From a virus: a stretch of DNA of 64,000 nt. The translations under genes were made by a program, and so were the position numbers. Of this stretch, positions 10,307 through 19,589 are shown piece after piece. The stretch lies in IMG/VR virus record IMGVR_UViG_3300032097_000030; one strand, written 5' to 3'. Position 1 is the stretch's first letter, and the number at the start of each line of letters is the position of its first letter. The notes below the pieces were generated by a model, which was given only the letters and a program-made list of their open reading frames with translations, had not been told where the DNA came from and searched no databases.

Positions 10307-11899
10307 TTATTCAATCCCCCATGGCAATTCAGTTCCGTCTTTAAACTGAAAAGTTATCTCTTCATTGGATTTTACAACCACTGCGTTAACAGTCGCACAC
10401 CAAAGGCTCTCGTTAAACTCGGTCAGTAGTTCTTTTTGCTCTTTAAGTTGGCGGATGAAGGCGTTCATCTGATTGCGCCTGGCTTTTAAGATTGCGATTT
10501 CGCTATTAAGCTCCTGCTTCCTGTTTTGCAGCTCGTTATATCTGGTAGCAAGGGGGGTGTACCTCTTGGTGTATTCCTTCTGGTCTATTGCTGACCTTGC
10601 GTTTTCAGCAATCAGCTTTTCCACTGCCGCTTCAATGACTGTGCATTCTTCATTGATTTTTTGGCTCTCCTTCTCCTGCTTTTTGAAGTCTGTAATCGTT
10701 ACAATTATTTCATTATAGGTGGATAAAATCTCATCTTTATTTTCAATAAGGCTGTTGAAGGCCTCGACAAAGGCTCGTTTCAGGACTTCTTCTTTCAGGT
10801 GAGGGGTGTTACAATAGGTTCTCTTTCTGAACTTATTATTGCACTGCCAAACGGTGTTGGCGTACTTGGTGGTGGAGTGCCATATCTTTCTGCCGTAAAA
10901 TCCGCCACAGTCCCCACAAACAATCCGGCTGGCAAAGCAGTTAATGGCGCTTGTATATCTTCCTGCCGCTTTACGCCGCCTGAACTCTTCTTGAACCAGT
11001 TCATATGTCTCGGGGCTTATGATTGCCGGATGACTGTTTTCCACATAGTACTGGGGAATCTCACCCTCATTAATTTTCTTTTTCTTGGTAAGGAAATCCA
11101 CTGTAAATGATTTCTGCAGCACAGCATCGCCTTTATATTTTTCATTCTGAAGGATACTCGTTACGGTACTGGGTTGCCATTTCTGTTTACCAGCAGGAGT
11201 CTTGATACCTTTCTCTGTAAGATGCTTTGCTATACCCGAAGGCGTCTTACCTTCAAGAAAGAGTTTGTAAATCAACCGGACAAACTCAGCTTCTTTTTCG
11301 ACAATTTTCGGCAAGCCATCTTCACCTTTTTCGTAACCAAGGAACTGTCCGTATGGCAGGCTGACTTTACCGTCGGCAAACCGTTTGCGCTGACCCCAGG
11401 TGACATTAGCGCTTATTGACCTTGATTCTTCTTGAGCCAAGCTTGACATAATTGAGATCAATAGCTCACCCTTACTGTCTAATGTGTAGATGTTCTCCTT
11501 TTCAAAATAAACCTCCACGCCTTTTTCCTTAAGCTGTCGGACAGTAGTCAGCGTATCAACAGTGTTCCTGGCAAATCTGGACACCGACTTGGTAATAATC
11601 AGGTCGATTTCACCGGCCAGTGCGTCAGCTATCATCTTGTTGAAACCATCACGCTTTTTTGTGCTTGTAGCTGAAATACCCTCATCAGCGTAGACCTCAA
11701 TGAACATCCAAGCTGGATTTGATTTGATGTGTCTAGTGTAATAATCCACCTGCGCCTCGTAGCTTGAGAGCTGTTCATCATTGTCCGTTGAAACCCTTGC
11801 GTAGGCAGCAACCCGTTTTGTTGCTGGAGTTCCGGCAGCTATGGGTGCAAAAAGTCCTGCTGTTGCCGGAATAACTTTTACTGCTCTTGCTGGATACAT
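10307..11899 (-). CDS. large serine recombinase, paralog of 20429..22018
   Basis: AYARVSTDNDEQLSSY, TKSVSRFARN, NEKYKGDA, CGDCG, coiled coil; long identical stretches with 20429..22018. Confidence 0.93.
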   Translation of the reverse strand: MYPARAVKVIPATAGLFAPIAAGTPATKRVAAYARVSTDNDEQLSSYEAQVDYYTRHIKSNPAWMFIEVYADEGISATSTKKRDGFNKMIADALAGEIDLIITKSVSRFARNTVDTLTTVRQLKEKGVEVYFEKENIYTLDSKGELLISIMSSLAQEESRSISANVTWGQRKRFADGKVSLPYGQFLGYEKGEDGLPKIVEKEAEFVRLIYKLFLEGKTPSGIAKHLTEKGIKTPAGKQKWQPSTVTSILQNEKYKGDAVLQKSFTVDFLTKKKKINEGEIPQYYVENSHPAIISPETYELVQEEFRRRKAAGRYTSAINCFASRIVCGDCGGFYGRKIWHSTTKYANTVWQCNNKFRKRTYCNTPHLKEEVLKRAFVEAFNSLIENKDEILSTYNEIIVTITDFKKQEKESQKINEECTVIEAAVEKLIAENARSAIDQKEYTKRYTPLATRYNELQNRKQELNSEIAILKARRNQMNAFIRQLKEQKELLTEFNESLWCATVNAVVVKSNEEITFQFKDGTELPWGIE

Positions 11900-12250
11900 G
11901 AAGCTTTCCTCCTTTCCAAATATTTTAGTTGTCTCTCCCGCGCCTGTTGTCGGGCTTTCTCATTCCAGCTTTCACTACGTGATTTGTTCTGCCACTCCTT
12001 TTGGACAGTCTGGCCGTCACGAAAAACAAATACCAGAAGGTTAGAATCAATAGCCTGTATTTCCTTAATCTTTTGCTCAAAGACCGTCTCATCAAACTTC
12101 GTAAGCCCTAAAACCTCTGTAACTATCGAAAGCAGGATGTCTTCGGGGATTTGCTTGGTGTGGCAGAATGCCTTGCCGAATTTCAGGTAAGTAGAGCAGT
12201 TCCACGAAATCCGTCCGTGTGTGGTCTTGCGTTTGTAGTTTTTACCGCAT
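11878..12250 (-). pseudogene. C-terminal fragment of an LSR (paralog of the end of 21897..23324)
   Basis: CGKNYKRK...WNCSTYL...TKQIPEDILLSI...KEWQNKSRSESW nearly identical to the prophage copy. Confidence 0.85.
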
Positions 12251-12400
12251 ACTTCTCGCATGGATTTTTTTGAATCTAGAGCAAGTATGTATGAATTATG
12301 TATGACTCTATCCATGATAGCATCTGCGATGGTAGGATCGGGGAATAGGTCATACCATTTTGTGTGAGCGATTTGCCCTGAAAGCACGGTAGCGTTTCTA
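12251..12400 (-). pseudogene. istB: IS21-family helper ATPase C-terminal remnant fused in frame to the LSR fragment
   Basis: SGQIAHTKWYDLFPDPTIADAIMDRVIHNSY...KSMRE is the typical IstB C-terminal motif (W...DPT.ADAI.DR..H). Confidence 0.75.
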
Positions 12401-12453
12401 GACGACCATTTTACCCCTTAAAACAGGAAAACCCCTTGTATCAAGGAGTTTTC

Positions 12454-12507
12454 ATTGTATCAAAGTTTGAGTTTTTATTTGTCTAATGACTAAAATATTG
12501 ATACAAT
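12454..12507. other. intact attP-like site for a large serine recombinase
   Basis: Perfect 10-bp inverted repeat ATTGTATCAA (12454-12463) / TTGATACAAT (12498-12507) symmetric about TG 12480-12481, the point where homology to the 2183 copy begins. Confidence 0.65.
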
Positions 12508-12652
12508 TTAGCGATATTGATTTACGCTAAAAAGTACGGGATTAACGCAAAAAAGTACACACCCCCCGGGCGAAATTCAATAAGCTTAAGGTCTTAGAAA
12601 TTCGTCCCTCAACTCTCCTAAAATAGAAGTGTTTTCTCTTCGAGTGAAAGGA
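12480..12652 (+). repeat. ~170-bp direct repeat, copy 2
   Basis: Aligns with 2183..2355. Confidence 0.9.
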
Positions 12653-12834
12653 TTATGTGAATAAGCTTGATCTATGCAACCGAATGCACTTATCCGAGAG
12701 CTTTTCTGAAAATCAAGTTTTTCAAAACCACATAACTTCGCTGATTTTTTTTAGAATAGTGCTTCTTCAGGTTTCTATCTATTCTCATGTCCCCTTAGTC
12801 AATAACCTTTTCCCCTTAACCGTAGGTACCCAGA

Positions 12835-13818
12835 TTAAAATCTAATCGGTATTTTTGAATGATTAACTTTTACATCGTAACCTTTATTAGTCAATTGCAT
12901 TAAAAGCCTTTTTTGCTTTTTCCCATTAAAAAGCGGAGAAACTGTAATTTCACATATTGCCATTTTATCAAAAAGAGGTACAAAAATATACTTTGGAATC
13001 CCAGCGTTACTACCATATCTAAGTTCAGTTTTGGCAAATGGACTTAATGCTGTTTTATCTTCATTTAATGGTAAGTGAATTGCAAGCCTTACCTCTTTCT
13101 CATGTGAAAAATTCTTTGATTTAAAAGCACATCGCCATTTAAACAGTTCGCATGAAATTGCTAATTTAGTTTTTGATAATTGTGTATCATCTTTATGACG
13201 GTATCTATATAATGCTTGTACAAAATCTTTCAATATATCGTCTTTTTCATGGTCGTCATATTCAACAACAATTAATTCGCTTAAGAAATTTCTCTTATAA
13301 GGATGATAGTGAAAGGCTTCCTTCAATTTTAAAGAAGAAAAACCTAAGTTCCAACCCTCATATTGGCCGTTTTTAAGATAATAATTCCACATTGGTAATG
13401 AGTCTGAGAGCGTTGAAAAACAGAATATATATGTAACATATTCAGATATGCAACATTCTTTATATTCTACTCCATCTATTATTAGGGGTGGAATTGCTTT
13501 ATGGATAAAAGGAAATTCCTTAAAGGGTAAAACATTAATTATTGAATTGAAATAATCTTTATCTATATTTTTGTTTTCCAATAACTGCTTACATATATTC
13601 TTATAATATTCAATTATATAACTTCCATCTGTTGTATCATTTACACAATCTATTCTTGTAAATCTTAATTCTATGTTTTCATTTTTCAAAATACCATCTA
13701 CACCCTTTGGCGATGTATAATGATACTGTAATTTATCATTAGGAATAACAGAGACTGATTGGAGTAGTTCTTGTTTCAATTTAATATCTTCTATACAACT
13801 GCAATCAGAAAAGTCCAT
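12835..13818 (-). CDS. DUF2971-like protein
   Basis: YHYTS..G..GIL, ND..DG, FCFS...DSLPMWNYY, K...F..E.EVR motif series. Confidence 0.75.
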   Translation of the reverse strand: MDFSDCSCIEDIKLKQELLQSVSVIPNDKLQYHYTSPKGVDGILKNENIELRFTRIDCVNDTTDGSYIIEYYKNICKQLLENKNIDKDYFNSIINVLPFKEFPFIHKAIPPLIIDGVEYKECCISEYVTYIFCFSTLSDSLPMWNYYLKNGQYEGWNLGFSSLKLKEAFHYHPYKRNFLSELIVVEYDDHEKDDILKDFVQALYRYRHKDDTQLSKTKLAISCELFKWRCAFKSKNFSHEKEVRLAIHLPLNEDKTALSPFAKTELRYGSNAGIPKYIFVPLFDKMAICEITVSPLFNGKKQKRLLMQLTNKGYDVKVNHSKIPIRF

Positions 13819-13895
13819 TTCTAGCCACCCTTAAAACAAATTGATCTTTTTATACTAATAGTCATTCGCATTATTACCCTAATGAGAAGTACAAT

Positions 13896-14025
13896 ATTTA
13901 TATATCGTCCCCGGAATTCCTGACGTGTCCACCCCAATAGGGTGCGTAATACTAAATCCCTAAACACATCCCAAATCTGCAAGTCTTGTGAAAAAGGGCT
14001 GGAGTGCTCGTGTTATATGCCGTTC
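13896..14025. repeat. degenerate attC-like site downstream of HEPN gene
   Basis: Gene-sense strand: GGCATATAAC...AGCACTCC...CGTCAGGAATTCC...GACGATATAT; its far end resembles 14888..14919. Confidence 0.45.
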
Positions 14026-14043
14026 TCAGCCTAAAATTAATAT

Positions 14044-14865
14044 CTAAACGTGATAATGATTTCTGTGATATGAATTCGTATTTATAAAACTAACTGCAAA
14101 AGTATCTGCAGCAATATTCACTAAACTTAGTAAACAATAAGACTTTTTGCATTCTTCTATCGCTTTTTCAGCATTTAATGTCGGGCTCCTTAATATCTGT
14201 TTTTTGCCGAGATCAAACTCATCATTTCCATCTAACATATACATTAAAGGTGAGAATGCATGAGTTACTTCATCTCTCCATCTCTTAATATCCCCATATC
14301 TACGTTTAGCTTCAAGTAATACTTTCCAATCATCTCTATTTTTTAGTTTAAAAGGATCTCCATCTAGAATTCGGCGTTTATTATCGCCATATTTGAGTTT
14401 TATTGAGTCAATAACATTGTTAAAATAAAAAGGAGCATCAATTATTCCATAAAACACAAAAGCTAAATATAGGCCTACACTATCCAATAAACTACAGCTT
14501 CTTACTTGAAAATCACCATAGCTTTGCCAAAAATGTTGACTAAAGTCAGCTGATTTATTTTCGATAGCAGATATATAAGGTTCTATGCTTCCAGTTTTAT
14601 AAAAAAGAAGTAACATACCCATAGCACGCTCAATCTCTCTAAATCTGTACGCATTATTAAGCCACAAATTTATGAATGTCTCAAATTCATTATCTGCTAT
14701 TTTTGCTTCAGCAAATATTTCATCCTCATCTTTTCCGTTTAATAACTTTTCTTTCCTATTCATAATGTCCCTAGGAATTACAAATTCACTTAACTCCTTA
14801 TTAATCTGTTTGTCTAAGTTTTCAACAATCCTCTTTCTCAAATCTATTAATTCCACATTATTCAC
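14044..14865 (-). CDS. HEPN-domain protein (Cthe_2314-like), putative RNase
   Basis: RDEVTH (RxxxxH) followed by AFSP; helical composition. Confidence 0.65.
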   Translation of the reverse strand: MNNVELIDLRKRIVENLDKQINKELSEFVIPRDIMNRKEKLLNGKDEDEIFAEAKIADNEFETFINLWLNNAYRFREIERAMGMLLLFYKTGSIEPYISAIENKSADFSQHFWQSYGDFQVRSCSLLDSVGLYLAFVFYGIIDAPFYFNNVIDSIKLKYGDNKRRILDGDPFKLKNRDDWKVLLEAKRRYGDIKRWRDEVTHAFSPLMYMLDGNDEFDLGKKQILRSPTLNAEKAIEECKKSYCLLSLVNIAADTFAVSFINTNSYHRNHYHV

Positions 14866-14887
14866 CTCATTGGTTTAATAAATATTG

Positions 14888-14919
14888 GAATGGCATGTAA
14901 CGTCTTGGTGTTCCCGACG
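14888..14919. repeat. partial attC-like site upstream of HEPN gene
   Basis: Gene-sense CGTCGGGAACACCAAGAC-GTTACATGCCATTC; 12/14 inverted match to the downstream core. Confidence 0.45.
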
Positions 14920-15076
14920 CCCCTGATCTTACGCTCATGGCCGGAACCGGTTTCCTGCTATCTTTATCTATTTTGTCATCTTTATTCAAACAACAATCCT
15001 TATAAATTATTCCACTACCACACGGACAGGGCTCAGTCTTTCGTATATAAATTAGTAAAAAACAAAATAATTCTCC

Positions 15077-15649
15077 TTACATTTCAATAATATAGAATTT
15101 ACTATGGGCGTTTAAATTTTCCCATACAAATTCATGTCTACCCGATAGAGATATGAAGTCGACATTCTTTGCCCGACCGGTAGGTTTGTAAATGTCTCCA
15201 TAGACAGCATATTCTTGTCTGAAATATCTATAAATACCATCGTTTATTCTTCCTTCGTAAAAGGGTCTATCCGATACTAGAACAACACAGGCAGTTTTAT
15301 TAAATCCCCGATCCTTAAGTTCTTCCATAAATTTTATGTCTTTTGCAAAAGAGTACATTTGCTCAGGATACTGACCATTCATTGGACATTTCATCTCTAT
15401 AGCATACTTTTCATGTTTGTCTTGTGTAAAGATTGTAACATCAATTTCCTTTTTTATCGTTTTGTTATCTCGTGTGAAAAATGAAACATTACGCTCAAAT
15501 TGCACTTTATACTGCGGCAGCATGGTTCTTAAGTAAATCCCCAGTTCATGTACCAGGCTGAATTCATTATAAATTTCTATGTTTTTGTCTCTAACAAACT
15601 TAAAAAAGCTTTCAACTAACCTTTTCAATTCTAACAACAAAGCCACCAC
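15077..15649 (-). CDS. PD-(D/E)xK-like nuclease-fold protein
   Basis: YNEFSLVHELG...ERN...EIDV...AIEMK. Confidence 0.55.
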   Translation of the reverse strand: MVALLLELKRLVESFFKFVRDKNIEIYNEFSLVHELGIYLRTMLPQYKVQFERNVSFFTRDNKTIKKEIDVTIFTQDKHEKYAIEMKCPMNGQYPEQMYSFAKDIKFMEELKDRGFNKTACVVLVSDRPFYEGRINDGIYRYFRQEYAVYGDIYKPTGRAKNVDFISLSGRHEFVWENLNAHSKFYIIEM

Positions 15650-15740
15650 CTGTAATCACAAAGTCTTCCCCATTGATTTTCTGAAACAATCGTACAATCT
15701 AGATATCCATAGAAAATTAGACTAAGCCCCCCCTTTGGGC

Positions 15741-16196
15741 TCATAAAAGAGATGTTATCATCTTTTCAAATAAGTATGGACGAAGCCTCGGCATGTTTTT
15801 CTTGGACAAATTAAGCCCATACTCTGGTTTGCTTTTTAACTCTTCATAGTCCTTATCGCAAAAGAGGTCATTGGGGGCTTTCCAAGTAACTGCAGGAATA
15901 AGATAAGCGTCCGGCAGCCTGCCATCTTCAAATATAAATAGTACAAGATAATTATCCTGGTTAGTTATGTTCCACTTTTCCTTTTACATAAAAACATAAT
16001 TGGTTTGACGTACTGACTTTACTTGAATCTCGAAAAATCGTCCTTCCTTCGTTTTTGCTATAAAATCTATTCCATGATCATCAACCTCTGATGTATATAC
16101 CTCAAATCCGTAAGAAGCAAATTCCATCTTCGCATAATACTCCGCATATCTACCAAGCTGCAGTTTATTTAACCGCGACCAAATTGTATTAGGCAT
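15741..16196 (-). pseudogene. DUF4365-like PD-(D/E)xK nuclease with in-frame TAA at 15984-15986
   Basis: G..AE...DDHGIDF...EIQVKS; frame continues after the stop (YVFM*KEKWNI...SKPEYGLNLSKK) to TGA 15741. Confidence 0.7.
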
Positions 16197-16375
16197 CTCA
16201 ATTCTCCATTAATAAATTTTGTTGAGCAAATTTCACCATATACATTTTTATCTTACCACCTTTTCCCATATTTTTTAAGAGCCTATTTGTCCAACAACTC
16301 ATTAGTCCGATCTACAGTTGGATCAAACCTGCCAGCCTTTTTTATTCCCCAATAAATTCAAGTGGTATTTTTACC

Positions 16376-17191
16376 TCATAACGCAGTATAATCGATAATC
16401 TGTTCAGGTGTAATAGTAACCCCACTCCCCATATAAGCAATAATTTCCGAACCGCCACGTTCGAAACTTCTGCTAACGGCATTTGAAATCAGCCATTTCT
16501 TAAGTATTAACCTACTCTCCATATCTTCCCAATAATTGTCTTCATAATCATAAAAAGAATACCAAGCAAATTGATCGAAATCAGCAAGAAAGGTAACAAT
16601 ATACCCTTTGCTCTTTGTGCACCAAATTTTTTCAACCTCTTTTATGCGTGGAATAAGACTTGATAAGTTCATTAAAAATTCCGGTCTGCAATGAATATCT
16701 GTTCCATAACGGGCAATATCATCTATTGAAAAAAAGGCATTCACTTGCGGATCGAAATATATTTTTCTAGCAACTTCTCTAATGCGTTCTTCTTCAGATG
16801 TAAGCCTAAATCGACCCCTAAATTTATCATAGTCAATATCAATTACTTTCTCGCCTATAACGAGGGCTTTATTCTCGATATCAAATTTAACACCATATTC
16901 TAATAATAAATTCCTTAATGTTGTCTGCTCCGACAAAACCGCCTGTAAATTTTTTATCCCTTGCATTTTAATTTCCAAACAATCATCCCAGTTAGATGTT
17001 ACGTGAAGAGCCTTATATTTTAAGTGATCAATGTTAGTCGAGTCGATGTAGTCCAATCGTTTATTCCAAAATGAATCAAAATCATTATTGCATTCGATTA
17101 TATACTCATCTATAAAACCGCTACCTGTAATATTAAAAAAATCTTGAATGAACTTGAAAGCTGCGTCCGGTGTGCTAATATCAAAAATCAA
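16376..17191 (-). CDS. hypothetical protein, possible ADP-ribosyltransferase-like fold
   Basis: 271-aa ORF; LHVTS...IKMQGIKNL and VNAFFS resemble H-x-T...I...G-L and aromatic-S elements. Confidence 0.4.
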   Translation of the reverse strand: MIFDISTPDAAFKFIQDFFNITGSGFIDEYIIECNNDFDSFWNKRLDYIDSTNIDHLKYKALHVTSNWDDCLEIKMQGIKNLQAVLSEQTTLRNLLLEYGVKFDIENKALVIGEKVIDIDYDKFRGRFRLTSEEERIREVARKIYFDPQVNAFFSIDDIARYGTDIHCRPEFLMNLSSLIPRIKEVEKIWCTKSKGYIVTFLADFDQFAWYSFYDYEDNYWEDMESRLILKKWLISNAVSRSFERGGSEIIAYMGSGVTITPEQIIDYTAL

Positions 17192-17227
17192 TTGATCATC
17201 ACCAAATTCTTAAAAGATTTAACTTTA

Positions 17228-18889
17228 CTACCACCAATGCTGGCCAAACTTTTTTAACGCTTTCTGATCCTCGTTTTTTTCGTGCTCCCGCTTACCAAAC
17301 AACTCATCTTCTCTAGCCACAATTGGATCCAACCAATCAGCTTTTTTCTTTGCCCAATCTATCCAGTTCACCGTTTCTTCATCCATTCCATCTTGGCTAG
17401 CAGAATCCTCCATAGCTTTGACATAGGCTCTTATTCTAGACGCTCTCTCATAGTCCAAGGCCGCGTTCTCCAGCGCAATTGTCCGCTCGACTTCTTCATT
17501 ATATCGGTTCCGGCGTTCTTCCTCCCGCCTCTCTTCTTCCATACGTTTACGCTCGGCTTCTTCACTGGCTTCACGCTCAAGTCTAAGAACTTGGGATTCT
17601 TCGTAAAGTGCTATTAAAATATCACCTAGCCTGGATTCAATAGACATCTTATCGGTTTCTCTGAAATGTCTGCGTTTCCGAATACTAACTCTCAGCCGCC
17701 CATTGAATACGTAGTCATACTTTCTGATTTGGGGTTCACTGGCCCATGTATTATGGCGTTTTGCGTCTTCATAAAGAAGCAAGTCCTTTGCTTCTTGCCT
17801 AGTGATTTCATGCTTTATTTTATCTTGGGACTCAGAAACTTCAAAATGCACATACTCACCTCTAATCTGGAGAGATAGATCATCATTGACAGTACCACCT
17901 AGGTTTTCAACCTGTCGAAAAAGAGCATCAAGTATGCGATAAACTCGTGGGAGGGTTTCATTTGAAATAACTCCGGCAAGAAAGGGCGGACGTTTAGAAT
18001 AGTAATAATTATTGAAGCCTTTTTGTGCGCCTTCAGGTCTCATGTTATTTTTATTCCATTCTTTGACCACAGACTTGTAGGCTGTTATCTTTTTGTGCAG
18101 TTTCACATTTTCAGGTGATACCTTGATTTGTTGTGCAGCAAGTAGTACTTTTTCTCTCTCGGCTTCTGATAAAAAAGCGAGCGGCTGCGAAGCTGTATTA
18201 GTTTCCTTTTCTCCTTCAAAGGTTCTTGCCCCAACTATTTCAGTGACCCCCTTTGTTTTTGGGAGCGGGGTCTTTTTGGGTTTTGCCCCAGCACGAATCT
18301 TTGACCAGTAGCCACGGGGTGGAACAGGTACATTAAGCGATTTACAGATTTTATGTATTGCAACGTCTGACACTCCATATTGAGCAGCAACATCAACAAC
18401 CGGATTTGCCCACACCTGTTCATATAATTTTTCACGGTTATAAATGTTATGCTTACCATCCACAGTACGATAAATATGCTGCTTGTCACGAGGTGTACCC
18501 GAACCTTCAGTGACCAGCTGATTATCAGTTGCCTCAGATTCTTCTGTAGTGTTAACTTCGGAATTTAAGTTTTCCTCAACTTTGACCTCTTTACTAACTT
18601 CGGTAACAGTAGTAAATACGGCAGTGCGTTTTGACCTTTTCGGAGCCGAGTTGTCGGGCAGCGTAACTTCAGTAATCGAGGATTCCGGCAACGGAGTTTT
18701 TGTTACGGTTTTGCCGAAATTCAATTGAGTCCAGTATCCCGATGGTGGGTATGGGATATTTGTTTCTTTGCACAACTTAAGTAATTTGGCATAAGGCACA
18801 TTATATTTCTTGGCGACACCGGACACGGAGATCTCCCAGATCTCATTATACAATTGTTCTCTGGATAATTTTGTGGTTTGCTCTGTCAA
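17228..18889 (-). CDS. hypothetical mobile-element protein with two PPxGYW HTH-like repeats and a coiled coil
   Basis: SREQLYNEIW...PPSGYW and NREKLYEQVW...PPRGYW; E/R-rich coiled coil; C-terminal WIDWAKKKADWLDP. Confidence 0.75.
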   Translation of the reverse strand: MTEQTTKLSREQLYNEIWEISVSGVAKKYNVPYAKLLKLCKETNIPYPPSGYWTQLNFGKTVTKTPLPESSITEVTLPDNSAPKRSKRTAVFTTVTEVSKEVKVEENLNSEVNTTEESEATDNQLVTEGSGTPRDKQHIYRTVDGKHNIYNREKLYEQVWANPVVDVAAQYGVSDVAIHKICKSLNVPVPPRGYWSKIRAGAKPKKTPLPKTKGVTEIVGARTFEGEKETNTASQPLAFLSEAEREKVLLAAQQIKVSPENVKLHKKITAYKSVVKEWNKNNMRPEGAQKGFNNYYYSKRPPFLAGVISNETLPRVYRILDALFRQVENLGGTVNDDLSLQIRGEYVHFEVSESQDKIKHEITRQEAKDLLLYEDAKRHNTWASEPQIRKYDYVFNGRLRVSIRKRRHFRETDKMSIESRLGDILIALYEESQVLRLEREASEEAERKRMEEERREEERRNRYNEEVERTIALENAALDYERASRIRAYVKAMEDSASQDGMDEETVNWIDWAKKKADWLDPIVAREDELFGKREHEKNEDQKALKKFGQHWW

Positions 18890-18998
18890 AATCAGCCCTC
18901 CTTTCTTTCCTTATTTCTCTGGTTCGGGGAAATATGTTCGGCATCAGTGGTCTCCTCTGTTGAATCTGAATCCAGCGAAAACGCGTATTCAAATAGTT

Positions 18999-19334
18999 TT
19001 ATGTCCCTTGTTCCGCGCTTTCGCTTAATATAAAAAGCAGGTCTTTTTTCATTTCTTCAAATTGCGAAATGATGGTGTTAAGGTTCTTCTCAATGTTTTC
19101 AACCTGAACATTGGTTATCTTTCCATGCTTATATGCAATAAGTCGCTCATCAATAATTTGGTAACTCCAGCTGTCGGTATACCGGTCCTCATTACGAATT
19201 GCAAATCCAATTGGTAATAAGTCATTTCTCATTCCGAGGCTCACAGCCGTAGGTGATATTCCAAGATAATCAGCCGCTATTTTGCATGTGATTTTGGAGA
19301 AACTCCTTATTTCTTCATCTGTATATTTACCCAT
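18999..19334 (-). CDS. small HTH protein, excisionase-like
   Basis: AADYLGISPTAVSLGMRNDLLPIGFA...WSYQI; RBS GGAGGTG before ATG 19334. Confidence 0.55.
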   Translation of the reverse strand: MGKYTDEEIRSFSKITCKIAADYLGISPTAVSLGMRNDLLPIGFAIRNEDRYTDSWSYQIIDERLIAYKHGKITNVQVENIEKNLNTIISQFEEMKKDLLFILSESAEQGT

Positions 19335-19530
19335 GTGCTTCACCTCCCCCTTTGTGTGCTTTTTAATATTGTATAATTATTCCATATAATTATCTACCTC
19401 AAATTTGCATCATAGGCCTGCGCCTAAAGCCCTAGCTTCAATAACGGTAAAAAGATTATTTTATTGATACGTTTCCGCAATTATTTTTGAATATTTATAT
19501 TGTACTTTGGGGGTTTTGTGTTATAAACCC

Positions 19531-19560
19531 TTGACTATGTATTAATGTCTGTGATAGTAT
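19531..19560 (+). promoter_or_regulatory. putative sigma-A promoter
   Basis: TTGACT-N18-TAGTAT with TG extension, 29 nt before ATG 19590. Confidence 0.5.
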
Positions 19561-19589
19561 AAATTTACCAAAAGGGGTGTGATCTTCCT

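Larger units (their letters stand above)
2183..12481. mobile_element. ~10.3-kb accreted LSR/defence unit bounded by att-like sites
   Basis: Bounded by the two att-like crossover points; contains Gabija-like pair, nuclease gene, three intact LSRs and an IstB/LSR chimera. Confidence 0.55.

Noticed and set aside
12657-12845. 62-aa plus-strand ORF after repeat copy 2
   Set aside because: No counterpart after repeat copy 1 and no motif
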